From the NCBI GenBank assembly GCA_963735595.1, contig CAVTLK010000001.1, positions 288,001-352,000 of the forward strand: 64,000 nt of DNA. Reading direction: 5' to 3'. The translations under genes were made by a program, and so were the position numbers. The notes below the pieces were generated by a model. That model ran no database searches, had not been told where the DNA came from, and saw nothing but the letters and a program-made list of their open reading frames with translations. The stretch comes from an uncultured delta proteobacterium (GTDB lineage Bacteria; Desulfobacterota; Zymogenia; Zymogenales; Zymogenaceae). Below, one piece after another: positions 31,071 to 41,948 of this stretch; the first letter of the stretch is position 1; every line of letters begins with the position of its first letter.

Positions 31071-31646
31071 ATGCAAAATCATCACCCGATTAGCGAGGAT
31101 GTCGAACCTCCATCCACAGGTGGCCGGAGATCAGACCTCAAAGGCTGCCGTGCGTCGAAAAGTCCCGTTGCCCATGATCCCGTTCATGGTCCTAATTTTA
31201 TTCTCAAAACCTACCGTTTTAAGAAAAGCCACTTAAAGACAGAACATTCGTTATCTTCGCGTTTTGCGCCGTTTATGTACAGGGCGGCCGAAATCAACAG
31301 CCAATTAGCGGATCGTACGGGCTTGTTCGAAGAAGATGACGAATACCCTCCCTCGGCCTCACACAGGCCCGAGCTCCGAGACCCCCGACTTCCGGGGAAT
31401 ATTGAACTACGAAAATGCCTAGGTAAGACGTCGGGTATATCCCTGTACTTTAAGAAAGCGGACACCGCGCTTCGGAAGTACACGAATAATCTGCCTTCCG
31501 GAAGCACGGAGAAGGCGATTCCCGGCCATCCTCAGGATGTTGGGCGACGTTTGCTTAGCTTGCGTTTTCGTTGTCCGTCCTTTGTTTCGTGGTTTCGTTG
31601 TGTTCCAAGCGGCCGTCTTTCGCCGCCCGGTATCGTTTCAGGTTGA
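31071..31646 (+). CDS. hypothetical protein with two acidic E(Y)PPS motifs
   Basis: RBS AGGAG 6 nt before the ATG, upstream promoter, co-oriented with the ligase genes; no recognisable domain; 3' part uncertain. Confidence 0.5.
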   Translation: MQNHHPISEDVEPPSTGGRRSDLKGCRASKSPVAHDPVHGPNFILKTYRFKKSHLKTEHSLSSRFAPFMYRAAEINSQLADRTGLFEEDDEYPPSASHRPELRDPRLPGNIELRKCLGKTSGISLYFKKADTALRKYTNNLPSGSTEKAIPGHPQDVGRRLLSLRFRCPSFVSWFRCVPSGRLSPPGIVSG

Positions 31647-31738
31647 TACCGCCTGATATTGATACTACGGCAATATAGACCCCGGTCTTACGGGGGCTTA
31701 CGGAACAAACCTAAAACCCGAACCTAAAGGACCATACC

Positions 31739-32749
31739 ATGAAAATAGGAATAACCTACGACCTGAGACATTACTATCTATCTCAGGGCATGGGAGAAGA
31801 AGAGACGGCGGAATTTGACAGCCCCGTCACAATCGAGAGCATAGATTCGACCCTGGCCGAGCTGGGTCATATTACCGATCGTATCGGCAATATCAGGAAC
31901 CTGACGTCGCGGCTTGCCGCCGGTGACAACTGGGACCTTGTCTTCAACATCGCCGAGGGGATACATGGTTTCGGCCGTGAGGCCCAGGTGCCCGCGCTCC
32001 TTGAGGCGTACGATATCCCCTATACCTTTTCTGACCCGCTCGTGCTCTCTCTTACCCTGCACAAGGGCATGACCAAGCACGTAATCAAGAATCTCGGGAT
32101 ACCGACAGCTGATTTTGCCGTCGTTGAGACCCAACAGGACATCCGACGCGTCAACCTGCCGTTTCCGCTCCTGGCAAAACCGGTCGCGGAAGGGTCTGGA
32201 AAGGGTATCGATGCCTTTTCTAGAATCACCAGCACGGAGGAACTTTATCACGTTTGCGAAAAACTCCTGAGAAACTACGATCAGCCCGTTCTTGTCGAGC
32301 GGTTTCTGCCCGGTAGAGAGTTTACCGTCGGGATACTCGGGACAGGAAGCCAAACACGTTCAATTGGAGTCATTGAGGTCAAGCTCAACAATCAGGCGGA
32401 GCCGGACGTCTATTCCTACCATAATAAGGAAAAATACGAAAAACTTGTCGACTACCGTCTCGTAACGGATGATACGGCGCGGGCCGCCGAACGGGTTGCC
32501 CTGGCGGCGTGGGTCGGCCTCGGTTGCCGGGACGCCGGCAGACTTGACATCCGATGCGACAACGACGGGATTCCGAATTTCATAGAGGTCAACCCCCTCG
32601 CGGGAATCAATCCGGATCGCTCTGACCTTTGTATTATCGCGGGCCTCGTCGGTATCTCCTATCAGGAGCTGATCGATTCTATCCTGACATCGGCAATGAG
32701 CCGGGTTCTTCCTCAAGAACACTATCTTAAAGGGGCGGCCCATGCGTAG
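31739..32749 (+). CDS. D-Ala-D-Ala-ligase-like ATP-grasp protein (1)
   Basis: VFNIAEG..REAQVP, LHKGMTK, KPVAEGSGKGI, EFTVG, RLDIRCD, IEVNPLAG; lacks the canonical Ddl N-terminal GG.S.EHEVS. Confidence 0.88.
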   Translation: MKIGITYDLRHYYLSQGMGEEETAEFDSPVTIESIDSTLAELGHITDRIGNIRNLTSRLAAGDNWDLVFNIAEGIHGFGREAQVPALLEAYDIPYTFSDPLVLSLTLHKGMTKHVIKNLGIPTADFAVVETQQDIRRVNLPFPLLAKPVAEGSGKGIDAFSRITSTEELYHVCEKLLRNYDQPVLVERFLPGREFTVGILGTGSQTRSIGVIEVKLNNQAEPDVYSYHNKEKYEKLVDYRLVTDDTARAAERVALAAWVGLGCRDAGRLDIRCDNDGIPNFIEVNPLAGINPDRSDLCIIAGLVGISYQELIDSILTSAMSRVLPQEHYLKGAAHA

Positions 32750-33770
32750 AAAGATAATCGGCATTGCCCATAACGTACCGGTGAACATCGGCGAGGAATT
32801 CTGCGAAGCCTCTCTGGATGTCCTTACTCAGGTGGAGGCGCTCGAAAATTCCCTTTCAGCGCTGGGTTACATTCCGGTCCGTATCCCTTTTACCAGGGAT
32901 GCAAAAACCTTTATCGGGACGATAGAACAACACCATTGCGAAATGGTATTCAATCTCTGTGAGACGGTTGACGAAAATCCCCAGCTGGCCTGGCATCCGG
33001 CCGCTTTACTCGAACTTATCGGTATCCCGTTTTCCGGGTCGCCGTCGTCGGCCCTTATGCTTACGACCGATAAGCTTCTGACTAAGCAGCTCTTGAAAAC
33101 GAGCGGCATCAAAACCCCGACATGGAGGGTATTTGATGGGATGAATAAGTATTATCGAAACGGCATCCACTACCCGGCGCTCGTCAAACCGCGATTCGAA
33201 GACGCCAGTATCGGAATCGATCAGGAGTCCATCTTCCCTGATGGAAAGACGCTCGCAAAGAAACTTGATGATCTTTCCGCTCGTTTCGGGAGCCTCTTGA
33301 TCGAGGAATATATCGAGGGCAGGGAGTTCAACGTATCGGTCTTCGGTTATCCGTATCCGAGGGTGCTTTCTCCGGCGGAGATCGAGTTCGTCGATTTTCC
33401 CGAGAACATCTATCGGATCGTCGGCTATCGTGCCAAGTGGGATAAGAACTCTTTCGAGTACCATAACACGCCCCGCTCGTTTCCGACCGACCTCCCGGAG
33501 TTTCTGATGAGAGGGATCGAAAAGACCGCCCTTGAGTGCTGTCGCGTATTCATGCTGCGCGACTATGCAAGGGTGGATATGCGGATCGATAGCGAGGGAA
33601 ATATCTACGTTCTCGAGATCAACGCCAATCCCTGTCTCTCTCCGGACGCTGGATTTCCCGCGGCAGTTGATTTTTCGGGGATAAACTATCGCGATATGGT
33701 GGAGCGATTCGTCAATTTCATGATCCAACGGTCCGAAGGTTATGCACATCAGGCCTTACAACTCGCGTGA
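32742..33770 (+). CDS. D-Ala-D-Ala-ligase-like ATP-grasp protein (2)
   Basis: VFNLCE, TDKLLTK, KPRFEDASIGI, EGREFNVS, YRAKW, RVDMRID, LEINANP; overlaps the upstream gene by 8 nt. Confidence 0.88.
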   Translation: MRRKIIGIAHNVPVNIGEEFCEASLDVLTQVEALENSLSALGYIPVRIPFTRDAKTFIGTIEQHHCEMVFNLCETVDENPQLAWHPAALLELIGIPFSGSPSSALMLTTDKLLTKQLLKTSGIKTPTWRVFDGMNKYYRNGIHYPALVKPRFEDASIGIDQESIFPDGKTLAKKLDDLSARFGSLLIEEYIEGREFNVSVFGYPYPRVLSPAEIEFVDFPENIYRIVGYRAKWDKNSFEYHNTPRSFPTDLPEFLMRGIEKTALECCRVFMLRDYARVDMRIDSEGNIYVLEINANPCLSPDAGFPAAVDFSGINYRDMVERFVNFMIQRSEGYAHQALQLA

Positions 33771-34214
33771 CAGGGAATATATTCGCGCTATCCTGGATGC
33801 CAGCCGGACGTTTACGGCAGAGGAAGTTGCCGTTGCTCTCGAAGTCATTGATGACGCGGTAAGCCGTCCGCAATCGGACGATTATACTATTTGCTGTGCT
33901 GAGAACGATCGGGGAAATGTCGTTGGATATATTTGCTTCGGCCCGATTCCCATGACCGATCGGTGTTACGATCTATACTGGATATGCGTTGATCGTGAGC
34001 GTAAGAAAAAAGGTATTGGCTCATCGCTCATCCTGGCGATGGAATCGGACCTGATGAAAAGGGGTGCACGGCATGCTACATCGATACGTCATCAACCCCC
34101 CCCTATGACGAAGCACGCTCGTTTTATGAGAGACACGCGTACCGCGTGGTATCCGTGTCTCCTGATTTCTATAGCGAGGGAGACGATAAGGTCGTCTACC
34201 GCAAGGTTTTCTAA
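33742..34214 (+). CDS. GNAT N-acetyltransferase; frameshift near 34075
   Basis: VGYICFGPIP..YDLYWICV..KKGIGS..; the alternative frame gives YIDTSSTPPYDEARSFYERHAY...DFYSEGDDKVVYRKVF*. Confidence 0.85.
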
Positions 34215-34317
34215 GCGATGATGGCTCGCCGATTGCCTTTAGGCGCTCGTAGTGCTATGATCAAGCAACTTGGAGTGTACGATTAGTTTCTGGTAAGAAA
34301 AGAGGCCCTTCTTTCCC

Positions 34318-35574
34318 TTGGGTAAGACTGTCTCCATCATTACATTAGGCTGCAAGGTTAATTTCACCGACAGCCAGCAGATTGCCGAAGCATTGAGAGA
34401 TCGAGGATTCGCGGTGGTGTTTGACGGTGCGTATGCGGATATCTCAATTGTCAATACATGCACCGTTACGGCCAGGGCTGACTATCAATCGCGTCAGCAG
34501 ATACGCCGCGCAGCCCGCGCTACCCGGAATACGCCCGTTGTTGTCACAGGGTGCGCCTCGTCGGTGTTTCCCGAACGAATACTGGATGCCTCTCCGGGCG
34601 CGGTCATCGTACCTTCGGACAATCGAGAAGGCATCGTGGACATCGTTTCGTCCCTTATCGGCGTTCCGGAAACACCCCAGTCGGATCCATCAACGGTAAC
34701 ACGTACCCGGGCCTTTTTGAAAATACAGGAAGGGTGCAACGCCGGATGCACCTATTGTATAGTACCCCGAGCAAGGGGAAGGGAAAGCAGCAAACCACCG
34801 GACGAAGTGTTGGCTAAATTATCTGACCTTGTTGACACGGGGATTAAGGAAGATCGTTCTGTCGGTATTCATCTCGGCAGGTACGGAAACGATCTTAATG
34901 GACAATCGTCACGCTGGCCGGCCTCATTGGGCTTATCGAGGATTCGATCTCTGGGGTTCGCGTTCGCTTTCGTCGATCGAACCTATGGAACTTACCGATG
35001 AGTTGCTGGCACAGCGGCCGAAGCCGCCTTATCGTTCCTCACCTTCATATTCCGTTACAGAGCGGCGATGATTCAATTCTTAGAGTCAATGGGCCGACCA
35101 TATCGTCGACATGATATCGAAAGGGTAATCGAAAATTCGCTAACCGTTTTAAGATCCGTCCGTCGGGATCGACGTAATGGTTGGATTCCCCGGTGAAGGA
35201 GATCGGGAGTTTCCAATACGATCGACTTGGTCCGTTCGTTGCCGGTTACGTTATTTCCATGTATTTCCCTTTTCGAATAGGCCGAATACGCGGGCGTTCA
35301 CTATGAGCGGTCACGTCCCATCGGACTAAAGAGAACGCGGGCACGGATCGCCCGGGAGATGGGAATGAAGAAAGAAGGGAGAATATATCTTCCGTAATGT
35401 GGCAAGGGTTCTCACGGTACTTGCTGAGTCGCACGATAACGGAATCGTCCGAGGCAAGTCCGAGAACTATCTTGACGTTTATTTTCCGGGCGACCGGAGG
35501 ATCTGAATTCTTTTGTTTCGGTAGTCATTGAACGTCCGTTCCGCGAGGGAGCTTATGGTCGCCGATCAATCTGA
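34318..35574 (+). CDS. mtaB: tRNA t6A37 methylthiotransferase MtaB (multiple frameshifts)
   Basis: TLGCKVN, VNTCTVT, RTRAFLKIQEGCNAGCTYCIVP; fragments SSIEP, HIPLQSG and VGFPGE in shifted frames. Confidence 0.85.
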
Positions 35575-36227
35575 TCTTGAGCGAAGTATCGGGTACCATT
35601 TTAATGACGGCCGCCTTCTCACTATCGCGCTTAACACATGCCTCTCATTATGAGCCGACGGGGGGGTATTGGGAATGACCGTATGGAGTTTATCGGCGAC
35701 GCGGTCATTGATCTCGCCGTAGCCGATATGCTTTATGAGCTCCATCCCGAAAGGGACGAGGGTTGGCTCACTCAGATGCGCTCTCGTCTCGTTGACGAAG
35801 GAATGCCTGGCATCAAGGCCCGTGAGCTTAACTCGGTGATTTATAATTCTTGGAAAGGGGAGGCAGAAGGCGGGAGGTTCGGGAGAAATCGTCCATCCTG
35901 TCCGGGGCCTATGAGGCATTGATGGGAGCGGTTTTCCTCGATGGCGGATATGATGTCTGTAAGGCAGTAATTGAACGTATTTCGGAGAGATCGAAGACCT
36001 TACCGATGATATTTATCCGAAAGAATTACAAATCCCTATTACAGGAACGCCTTCAGAAAGACGGCATGGGTCTTCCCCAATACGAGGTTACGGAAATCTC
36101 CGGCCCGGATCACGACCGCGTGTTTTCCGTATCGGTTTTTATTGACGGGCGGCAATGGGGGAGAGGAAACGGCAGAAGCAAAAAGGAAGCGGAGCAACAG
36201 GCCGCCCGGGACGCACTGGAGAAATGA
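35555..36227 (+). CDS. rnc: ribonuclease III (frameshifts)
   Basis: LERSIGYHF, NDRMEFIGDAVIDL, YEALMGAVFLDGG, dsRBD (YKSLLQE...GPDH...GRSKKEAEQQAA). Confidence 0.9.
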
Positions 36228-37230
36228 AAAGACTCAAACGTTTTATTGTCCCGATCTTTATTCCGCATGAGGGGTGCCGATTTCACTGTGTCTTCTGTGA
36301 CCAGCATGACGTCACGGGCGAGGAAGATCGCCGATTACGCCGAAGGAAGTACGGGATATTGTATTCAGATATCGGGAGACGAGCCCTCAGTGGCGTGGAG
36401 AGCGTGAGCTTGCGTTCTTTCGGAGGAAGCTTTACGATGCTGCGCTGCAACGGCGGCAGGAAGACCTCCTCGGCGTCGGTAAAGGACTGATTACGGCTGG
36501 AATCGTTGACACCCTACGTGTATCGACACGACCGGACGCCATAGATGAAACGGTCTTGGATCGACTTACATGCGATTCGGCGTGAAAACCGTGGAGATCG
36601 GCATACAGACGATGAATGACGCGCGTATTGAGAAATTCACAACGCGGACATACCGTCTCGGATTCCATCAAGGCGGCGCGTCTTCTTTCGACACTGAATA
36701 TCGAATGGATCGCCCAGATAATGCCGGGACTACCGGGGATACCGAAGAGACGATAATCGAAACCGCATTTCGGGTGGCCGATCTATCGCCCAATGGCGTG
36801 CGGATATACCCGGCATTGGTATTATCCGGTACCGGGATGGACCGTATGTATCGACGGGGAGAGTACAATCCCCTGTCGCTTGACCATACGGTGGATATAG
36901 TCAAAAACATGACGATGATCTTTGAATCGCGATCGATACCGATCATACGGATCGGCCTGTGCCCATCGATTGAGCTGGAACGACGGATCGTGGCGGGACC
37001 ATATCATCCGGCGCTTGGCTCCCTTGTATACGAGAGCCGCCTGCTTGACACAATGATTAGCTGCGGTAAGACGAGACGGGAATATCGATAAAATACGATC
37101 GTTATACGTGTTAATCCTCGGGACGTATCGGCGCGCCGTCGGCGCCGGCAGATCGTCGATCAAAAAGCTTGAACAACGCTATCCCGGGAGACGGTTTGCG
37201 ATTAGGCCGATCATTCGGTTGGACGCGGGA
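36224..37230 (+). CDS. Elp3-like radical SAM protein (frameshifts; 3' end approximate)
   Basis: IPHEGCRFHCVFCDQ CxxxCxxC, FGGSFT, STRPD, VEIGIQT, RIYPALV, IRIGL..AGPYHPA. Confidence 0.8.
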
Positions 37231-37242
37231 GGGTACATACCA

Positions 37243-38145
37243 TTGGGATTTAAATCGGGATTTGTGGCTATTATCGGAAAGGCCAACGTCGGCAAGTCGA
37301 CGCTCTTCAATACGCTTCTGGGGCAGAAGATCTCCATTACGTCTAAAAAACCCCAGACTACCCGCAATCGGATACTGGACGTTTATAACGAACGGGAATG
37401 TCAGATCGTATTTATCGATACACCGGGGATCCACAGATCCAACCGGAGCACCGGCCTCAATCGGTTTATGAACAGGACGGCCCTTTCCGCCCAGGGAGGA
37501 TGCCGACATCGTTGCGGTCATGATCGAGGCGTACATCGTCGTTTGATGATCTCGACGAGGATATCATTCACGGATTATCCGACACTAAAATCACCGGTCC
37601 TTCTTCTTATAAACAAGATCGATTCGATTAATAGAACCCTTTCTGTTACCACTGATCGATAGGGTGCGTGGGCTTTCTTCTTTCCATTCGATAGTGCCGA
37701 TATCGGCACTTCAGGGGAGATGGGGTAGGGGATTTATGACGGAAATCAAGGGGCTTCTCCCCGAGGGACAGCCTTATTTCCCCGAGGATACACTAACGGA
37801 TCAGACCGAGCGGTTTATTGTTGCGGAAATTATCAGGGAAAAGATCATCACCCTGACTCGACAAGAGCTGCCCTATTCGACGGCCGTCGTTGTCGATGAG
37901 TTCAAGGAGGACGCCGAGACGAGACCTGCTGTCTGTATCGCTGCCACGGTCTTCGTAGAGAAGGATTCACAGAAGGGGATCATGATTGGCAAGGGGAGGG
38001 GGCCTCATAAAGAATATAGGGACGGCGGCTCGCAAGGATATCGAGGTATTCTTCGATACGCACGTGTTTCCTAGATCTCAAGGTAAAGGTATTGAAAGAT
38101 TGGGCCAAAAACGATGATACAATCGGACGACTCGGATATAGATAG
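37243..38145 (+). CDS. era: GTPase Era (frameshifts)
   Basis: [64 protein letters not shown]. Confidence 0.92.
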
Positions 38146-38150
38146 ATGAT

Positions 38151-39472
38151 ATGCCCAAGAAAAAAATCATAGCTATAGTCGGCAGGCCGAACGTCGGTAA
38201 ATCGACACTATTCAATCGGCTTCTCGGAAAGAATAAATCCATCGTCGAGAACTTTCCCGGAGTCACCAGGGATCGGCTTTATGCGGACGCACGCTATAAC
38301 GATTCGGAATATATTCTTACAGATACCGGCGGATTGTTACCCGGGACCGAATCGGACGTAACGTACGGCGTCCACACGATGGCCGAAATCGCCGTACAGA
38401 GAGGCCGATGCCGTTATATTTCTGATGGACGTACGCGAAGGTCTTTCCCCTGTCGACAGTGAGATATACACGTATCTTGCTCAGGGAGGGAAAACGGATC
38501 TATCCCATAGTCAACAAGGTCGACGGACCAAGACAGGATAATGACGTATTTGAATTCTACGCCCTCGGTGCGCCAAAGGTTTATTCGGTCTCCGCTCAGC
38601 ATAAGCGCGGTATCGACGAACTCATGGAAGACGTTATAGTCGATATTGCATCTTCCGGGGATGATACGCATGGCAATGATGGTATCACGAAGATCGCCAT
38701 CGTCGGCAGGCCAAACGTTGGTAAGTCATCGCTACTCAACAAGATCCTCGGATTCGATCGCGTTTTGGTGAGCGAAATTCCCGGTACAACCCGTGATCCG
38801 GTCGATTCCCTCGTCTCCCGTGACGGGACCCCGTATCTCTTTATCGATACGGCCGGAATACGAAGAAAAAGCAGGATATTTCAGCGCATTGAGCGATTCA
38901 GTGTACTCATGTCTTTCAAAAGCATCGATCGCTCCGACATAACGCTTCTCATGCTCGACGGCGTCGAGGGGCCAACCGATCAGGACGCGAAGGTCGCGGG
39001 ATTTATCCACGAAAAGGGTAAGGGTGTTGTCATTGTCGTCAATAAATGGGATCTGGTAAAAAAGGGAGAAATGAGCGCAAAAGACTACACCCTCCGGTTG
39101 CGTGAGGATCTCGTGGAAATTGCATATGCGCCGGTTGTATTTACCTCGGCGGTTACCGGGAAGAATATTCATCATATATTTTCAGCGATAGACGCGGTTC
39201 TTAAGGAACGCACCAAACGCATCGGCACCGGTGAGCTGAATGCATTTATACAGGAAATGAAGAACCACCACAGCCCGGGCGTTTTTAGGGGTAGGGAGGT
39301 CAAACTATTTTACGCAACTCAAGTCAGCAGCGCGCCTGCCACATTTCTCGTATTTACTAACTATCCCAAGGGGATTACGAAAAATTATGAGCGCTATATG
39401 CTCAATCGCCTCCGGGAAAGATACGGTTTAACGGGAAACCCCGTTCGTTTGGTATTTAAGGGAAGGCAGTAA
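38151..39472 (+). CDS. der: ribosome biogenesis GTPase Der (frameshift near 38400-38460)
   Basis: Two G domains (GRPNVGKS twice, DTGG/DTAG, NKVD/NKWD) plus a KH-like C-terminus. Confidence 0.95.
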
Positions 39473-39498
39473 CGATATGAAATAAAGTAAGAAATATC

Positions 39499-39527
39499 TT
39501 GACAAATGTCTTAAATGGCTTTAAATT
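39499..39527 (+). promoter_or_regulatory. sigma70 promoter of liv operon 1
   Basis: TTGACA-17 nt-TAAATT. Confidence 0.65.
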
Positions 39528-39579
39528 ACCTATTTAAAATTGGCTCTTTTTTAATTTCGTTCCATTAGGAGGTACTAGA

Positions 39580-39746
39580 ATGGAGACTCTCAAGAGCATC
39601 AGGTCGCTTGGTATAGCGATTGTCCTGACCCTTTCTCTCGTGTTTGTTCTGTCCGCGTGCAAAAGAAGGCTGAGTACGTTCCCACGCCGGTTGCTCCGAT
39701 GACCCCCGCAACGGAAATTCCTACCCCGGCCGCGCCGGTTGAATAG
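39580..39746 (+). CDS. small Pro/Thr-rich lipoprotein (not in the ORF track; probable 1-nt deletion near 39661)
   Basis: RBS AGGAGG; METLKSIRSLGIAIVLTLSLVFVLSAC lipobox; adding one A gives KKKAEYVPTPVAPMTPATEIPTPAAPVE*. Confidence 0.7.
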
Positions 39747-39790
39747 TTAGGAATATCACGTGTGTCATCCTTTAAGGAGGTTTTAATACC

Positions 39791-40964
39791 ATGGGAAACA
39801 TGAGGAGCCTTAAGGTCGTTATTATTCTCACGGCCTCTGGCGTTGTCGCTTGCCTTTATGGCGGTTGGCTGTAAGAAACCGCGAACAGGCGAAACCGGCG
39901 AGACTATTAAGATCGGTCTTGCGGCTCCGATGTCGGGGACGCAGCTGCCTACGGCGAGATCGTCAAGAACGGCGCAATGATGAAGATTGATGAGATTAAT
40001 GCGGCCGGTGGAATTGACGGAAAGATGCTGGAACTTGTTGTTGGTGATGAGCGATGTGATCCCAAGGAAGCGGCGGCAGTTGCCCAGAATTTCGTAAGCA
40101 ATGCTGAGATCGTCGCAATCGTCGGTCACGTCTGCAGCTCCGCGATGCTCGCCGCCATCCCGATCTATGACGTTGCGGGTCCGGCCGTTATTTCGCCGAC
40201 CTGCACCAACGTCAATATCGGAACGGCGAGCCTGAATCGTTGGTCATTCCGTGACGTTTATCGTGATGATTTCCAGGGAGAATTTCTTGCTAAATACTCC
40301 AAGGAAGTCCTTGGTCTCAAGAAGGTTGCTATCTTCTACGATACCAATGACTACGCAATCGGTCTGAAGGACGCCTTCGAGGCTGCGGCCAAAGAGATCG
40401 GACTTGAGGTCGTGGGCACGGAAGCCTACACGGGCGACACCATTGACTTTGCACCGCAGCTGACCAAATTCAAAGAGCTCGCGCCCGACGGTATTTTTAT
40501 CGCCGGATATTATGAGAAAGGTGGACTTAATCCTCTCTCAGGCGCAGAAACTTGGCATTAAGGCGCAGTTTATGGGGGCCGACGGCCTTAATAATCCTGA
40601 GCTGATTAACATTGCCAAGGAAGCTGCCGAAGGCTTCATTGCAAGCACTCCGTTTATTTTTGAGGCAAACGAAGCCGGGATGAAGTTCAAGGCTGATTTC
40701 GAAGCCAAGTACAGCGTAACTCCCGACTGGATGGCGGCCAACTCTTACGACTGCGTGGCAATTCTCGCAGACGTTATTTCAAAGGTTGGGACCGACCGTA
40801 ATGCTATCAGAGATGGACTGCAGGCAATGAATTCTCCCGAAACCGGTTACAATGGTCTGACGGGCGTCACCTATTTCGATGAGAACGGTGACTGTCAGAA
40901 ACCCGCTTACGTGGCCGTGGTCAAGGATGGCAATTTCGTTGCTGCTGAAAAACAGATGAAGTAA
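39791..40964 (+). CDS. livK: Liv-type ABC transporter substrate-binding lipoprotein (frameshifts)
   Basis: RBS AAGGAGG, VGCKK lipobox, IKIGLAAPMSG, INAAGGIDG, GHVCSS, GLTGVTYFDENGD. Confidence 0.88.
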
Positions 40965-40983
40965 TTCTCTTTATGGGAGAAGG

Positions 40984-41016
40984 TGGGGGAGGGGTATGAC
41001 CCTCCCCCAGTTTTTT
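40984..41016 (+). terminator. intra-operon terminator-like hairpin after livK
   Basis: TGGGGGAGGG-GTATGA-CCCTCCCCCA-G-TTTTTT. Confidence 0.7.
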
Positions 41017-41034
41017 ACTCGGGCAGGGAACTGG

Positions 41035-41944
41035 ATGTTTTTCCAACAACTCATCAACGGTCTGACTCTCGGAGGCATTTATGCCCTTATAGCCGTCGGT
41101 TATACAATGGTATACGGCATTATAGAGCTCATCAACTTCGCCCACGGTGAGATATATATGTTGGGTGCGTATCTCGCCTTCACCTGTGTCGCAATTTTCG
41201 GCCTCCCTTTCCCCTCCGCCATTGTTATCAGCGTCTGTTCATGTCGCGTTATTCGGCATATTCCTTGAATTTATCGCCTATCGTCCGTTGAGAAAAGCTC
41301 CCCGTTTGGCGGCCCTCATTACGGCTATTGGGGCGTCTCTGTTTCTTCAAAACGTTGCCCTCCTAATCTGGGGCGGGCGTTTAAAATCATATCCTTCAAA
41401 TACGCTGCCGCCTTTCTTTGAAGACGTTGCAGTTTCCCTTTTCAAAAACAGTGACAACCTGAACCAGATTGATATCTCCTGGCTGCAATTATCCATAATC
41501 GTCGTTACGATCCTCCTCATGATTGGACTTCACCTCCTGATTACCAGGACTCGAATCGGTACCGCCATGCGGGCCTGCGCTCAGGATAAGGTAACTGCCT
41601 CTCTCATGGGAATTAATGTGAATAGAGTTATATCCTTTACGTTCGCCGTCGGCTCTGGTCTTGGTGCGGTTGCCGGGATTATCGTCGGCATATACTACAA
41701 CGCCATTTTCGCTATGATGGGATATACGGCGGGCGTCAAGGCATTCGCTGCGGCCGTACTCGGGGGAATCGGTAACATTCCGGGCGCCATGCTGGGCGGC
41801 TTCGTCCTCGGCGTAGCCGAGACTTTCGGCGCCGGCTACATCTCTTCCGGCTACCGGGACGGTCTTTCCTACGCGCTCATGATCATCGTGATAATCTTTA
41901 GACCTTCAGGATTATTGGGACGCAAACAGGTAGTAAAGGTATAG
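41035..41944 (+). CDS. livH: Liv-type ABC permease LivH (frameshift)
   Basis: QQLINGLTLGGIYALIAVGYTMVYG, NFAHGE, KAFAAAVLGGIG. Confidence 0.92.
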
Positions 41945-41948
41945 ACGG

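Noticed and set aside
31549..31610. T/G-rich low-complexity tract (repeated TTTCGT) in the 3' part of the orphan ORF
   Set aside because: No regular period or clear structure; it only lowers confidence in the ORF's C-terminus.
31739..33770. Housekeeping ddl or a vancomycin-resistance ligase (with VanZ elsewhere in the window)
   Set aside because: Ddl/Van N-terminal substrate motifs are lacking, there are no vanH/vanX or mur genes nearby, and the VanZ-family gene is about 28 kb away in an unrelated context.
34318..39472. Programmed frameshifting or true pseudogenes in mtaB/rnc/era/der
   Set aside because: Multiple irregular indels per gene with no shared slippery motif, and essential genes are affected; an artefact is more likely.
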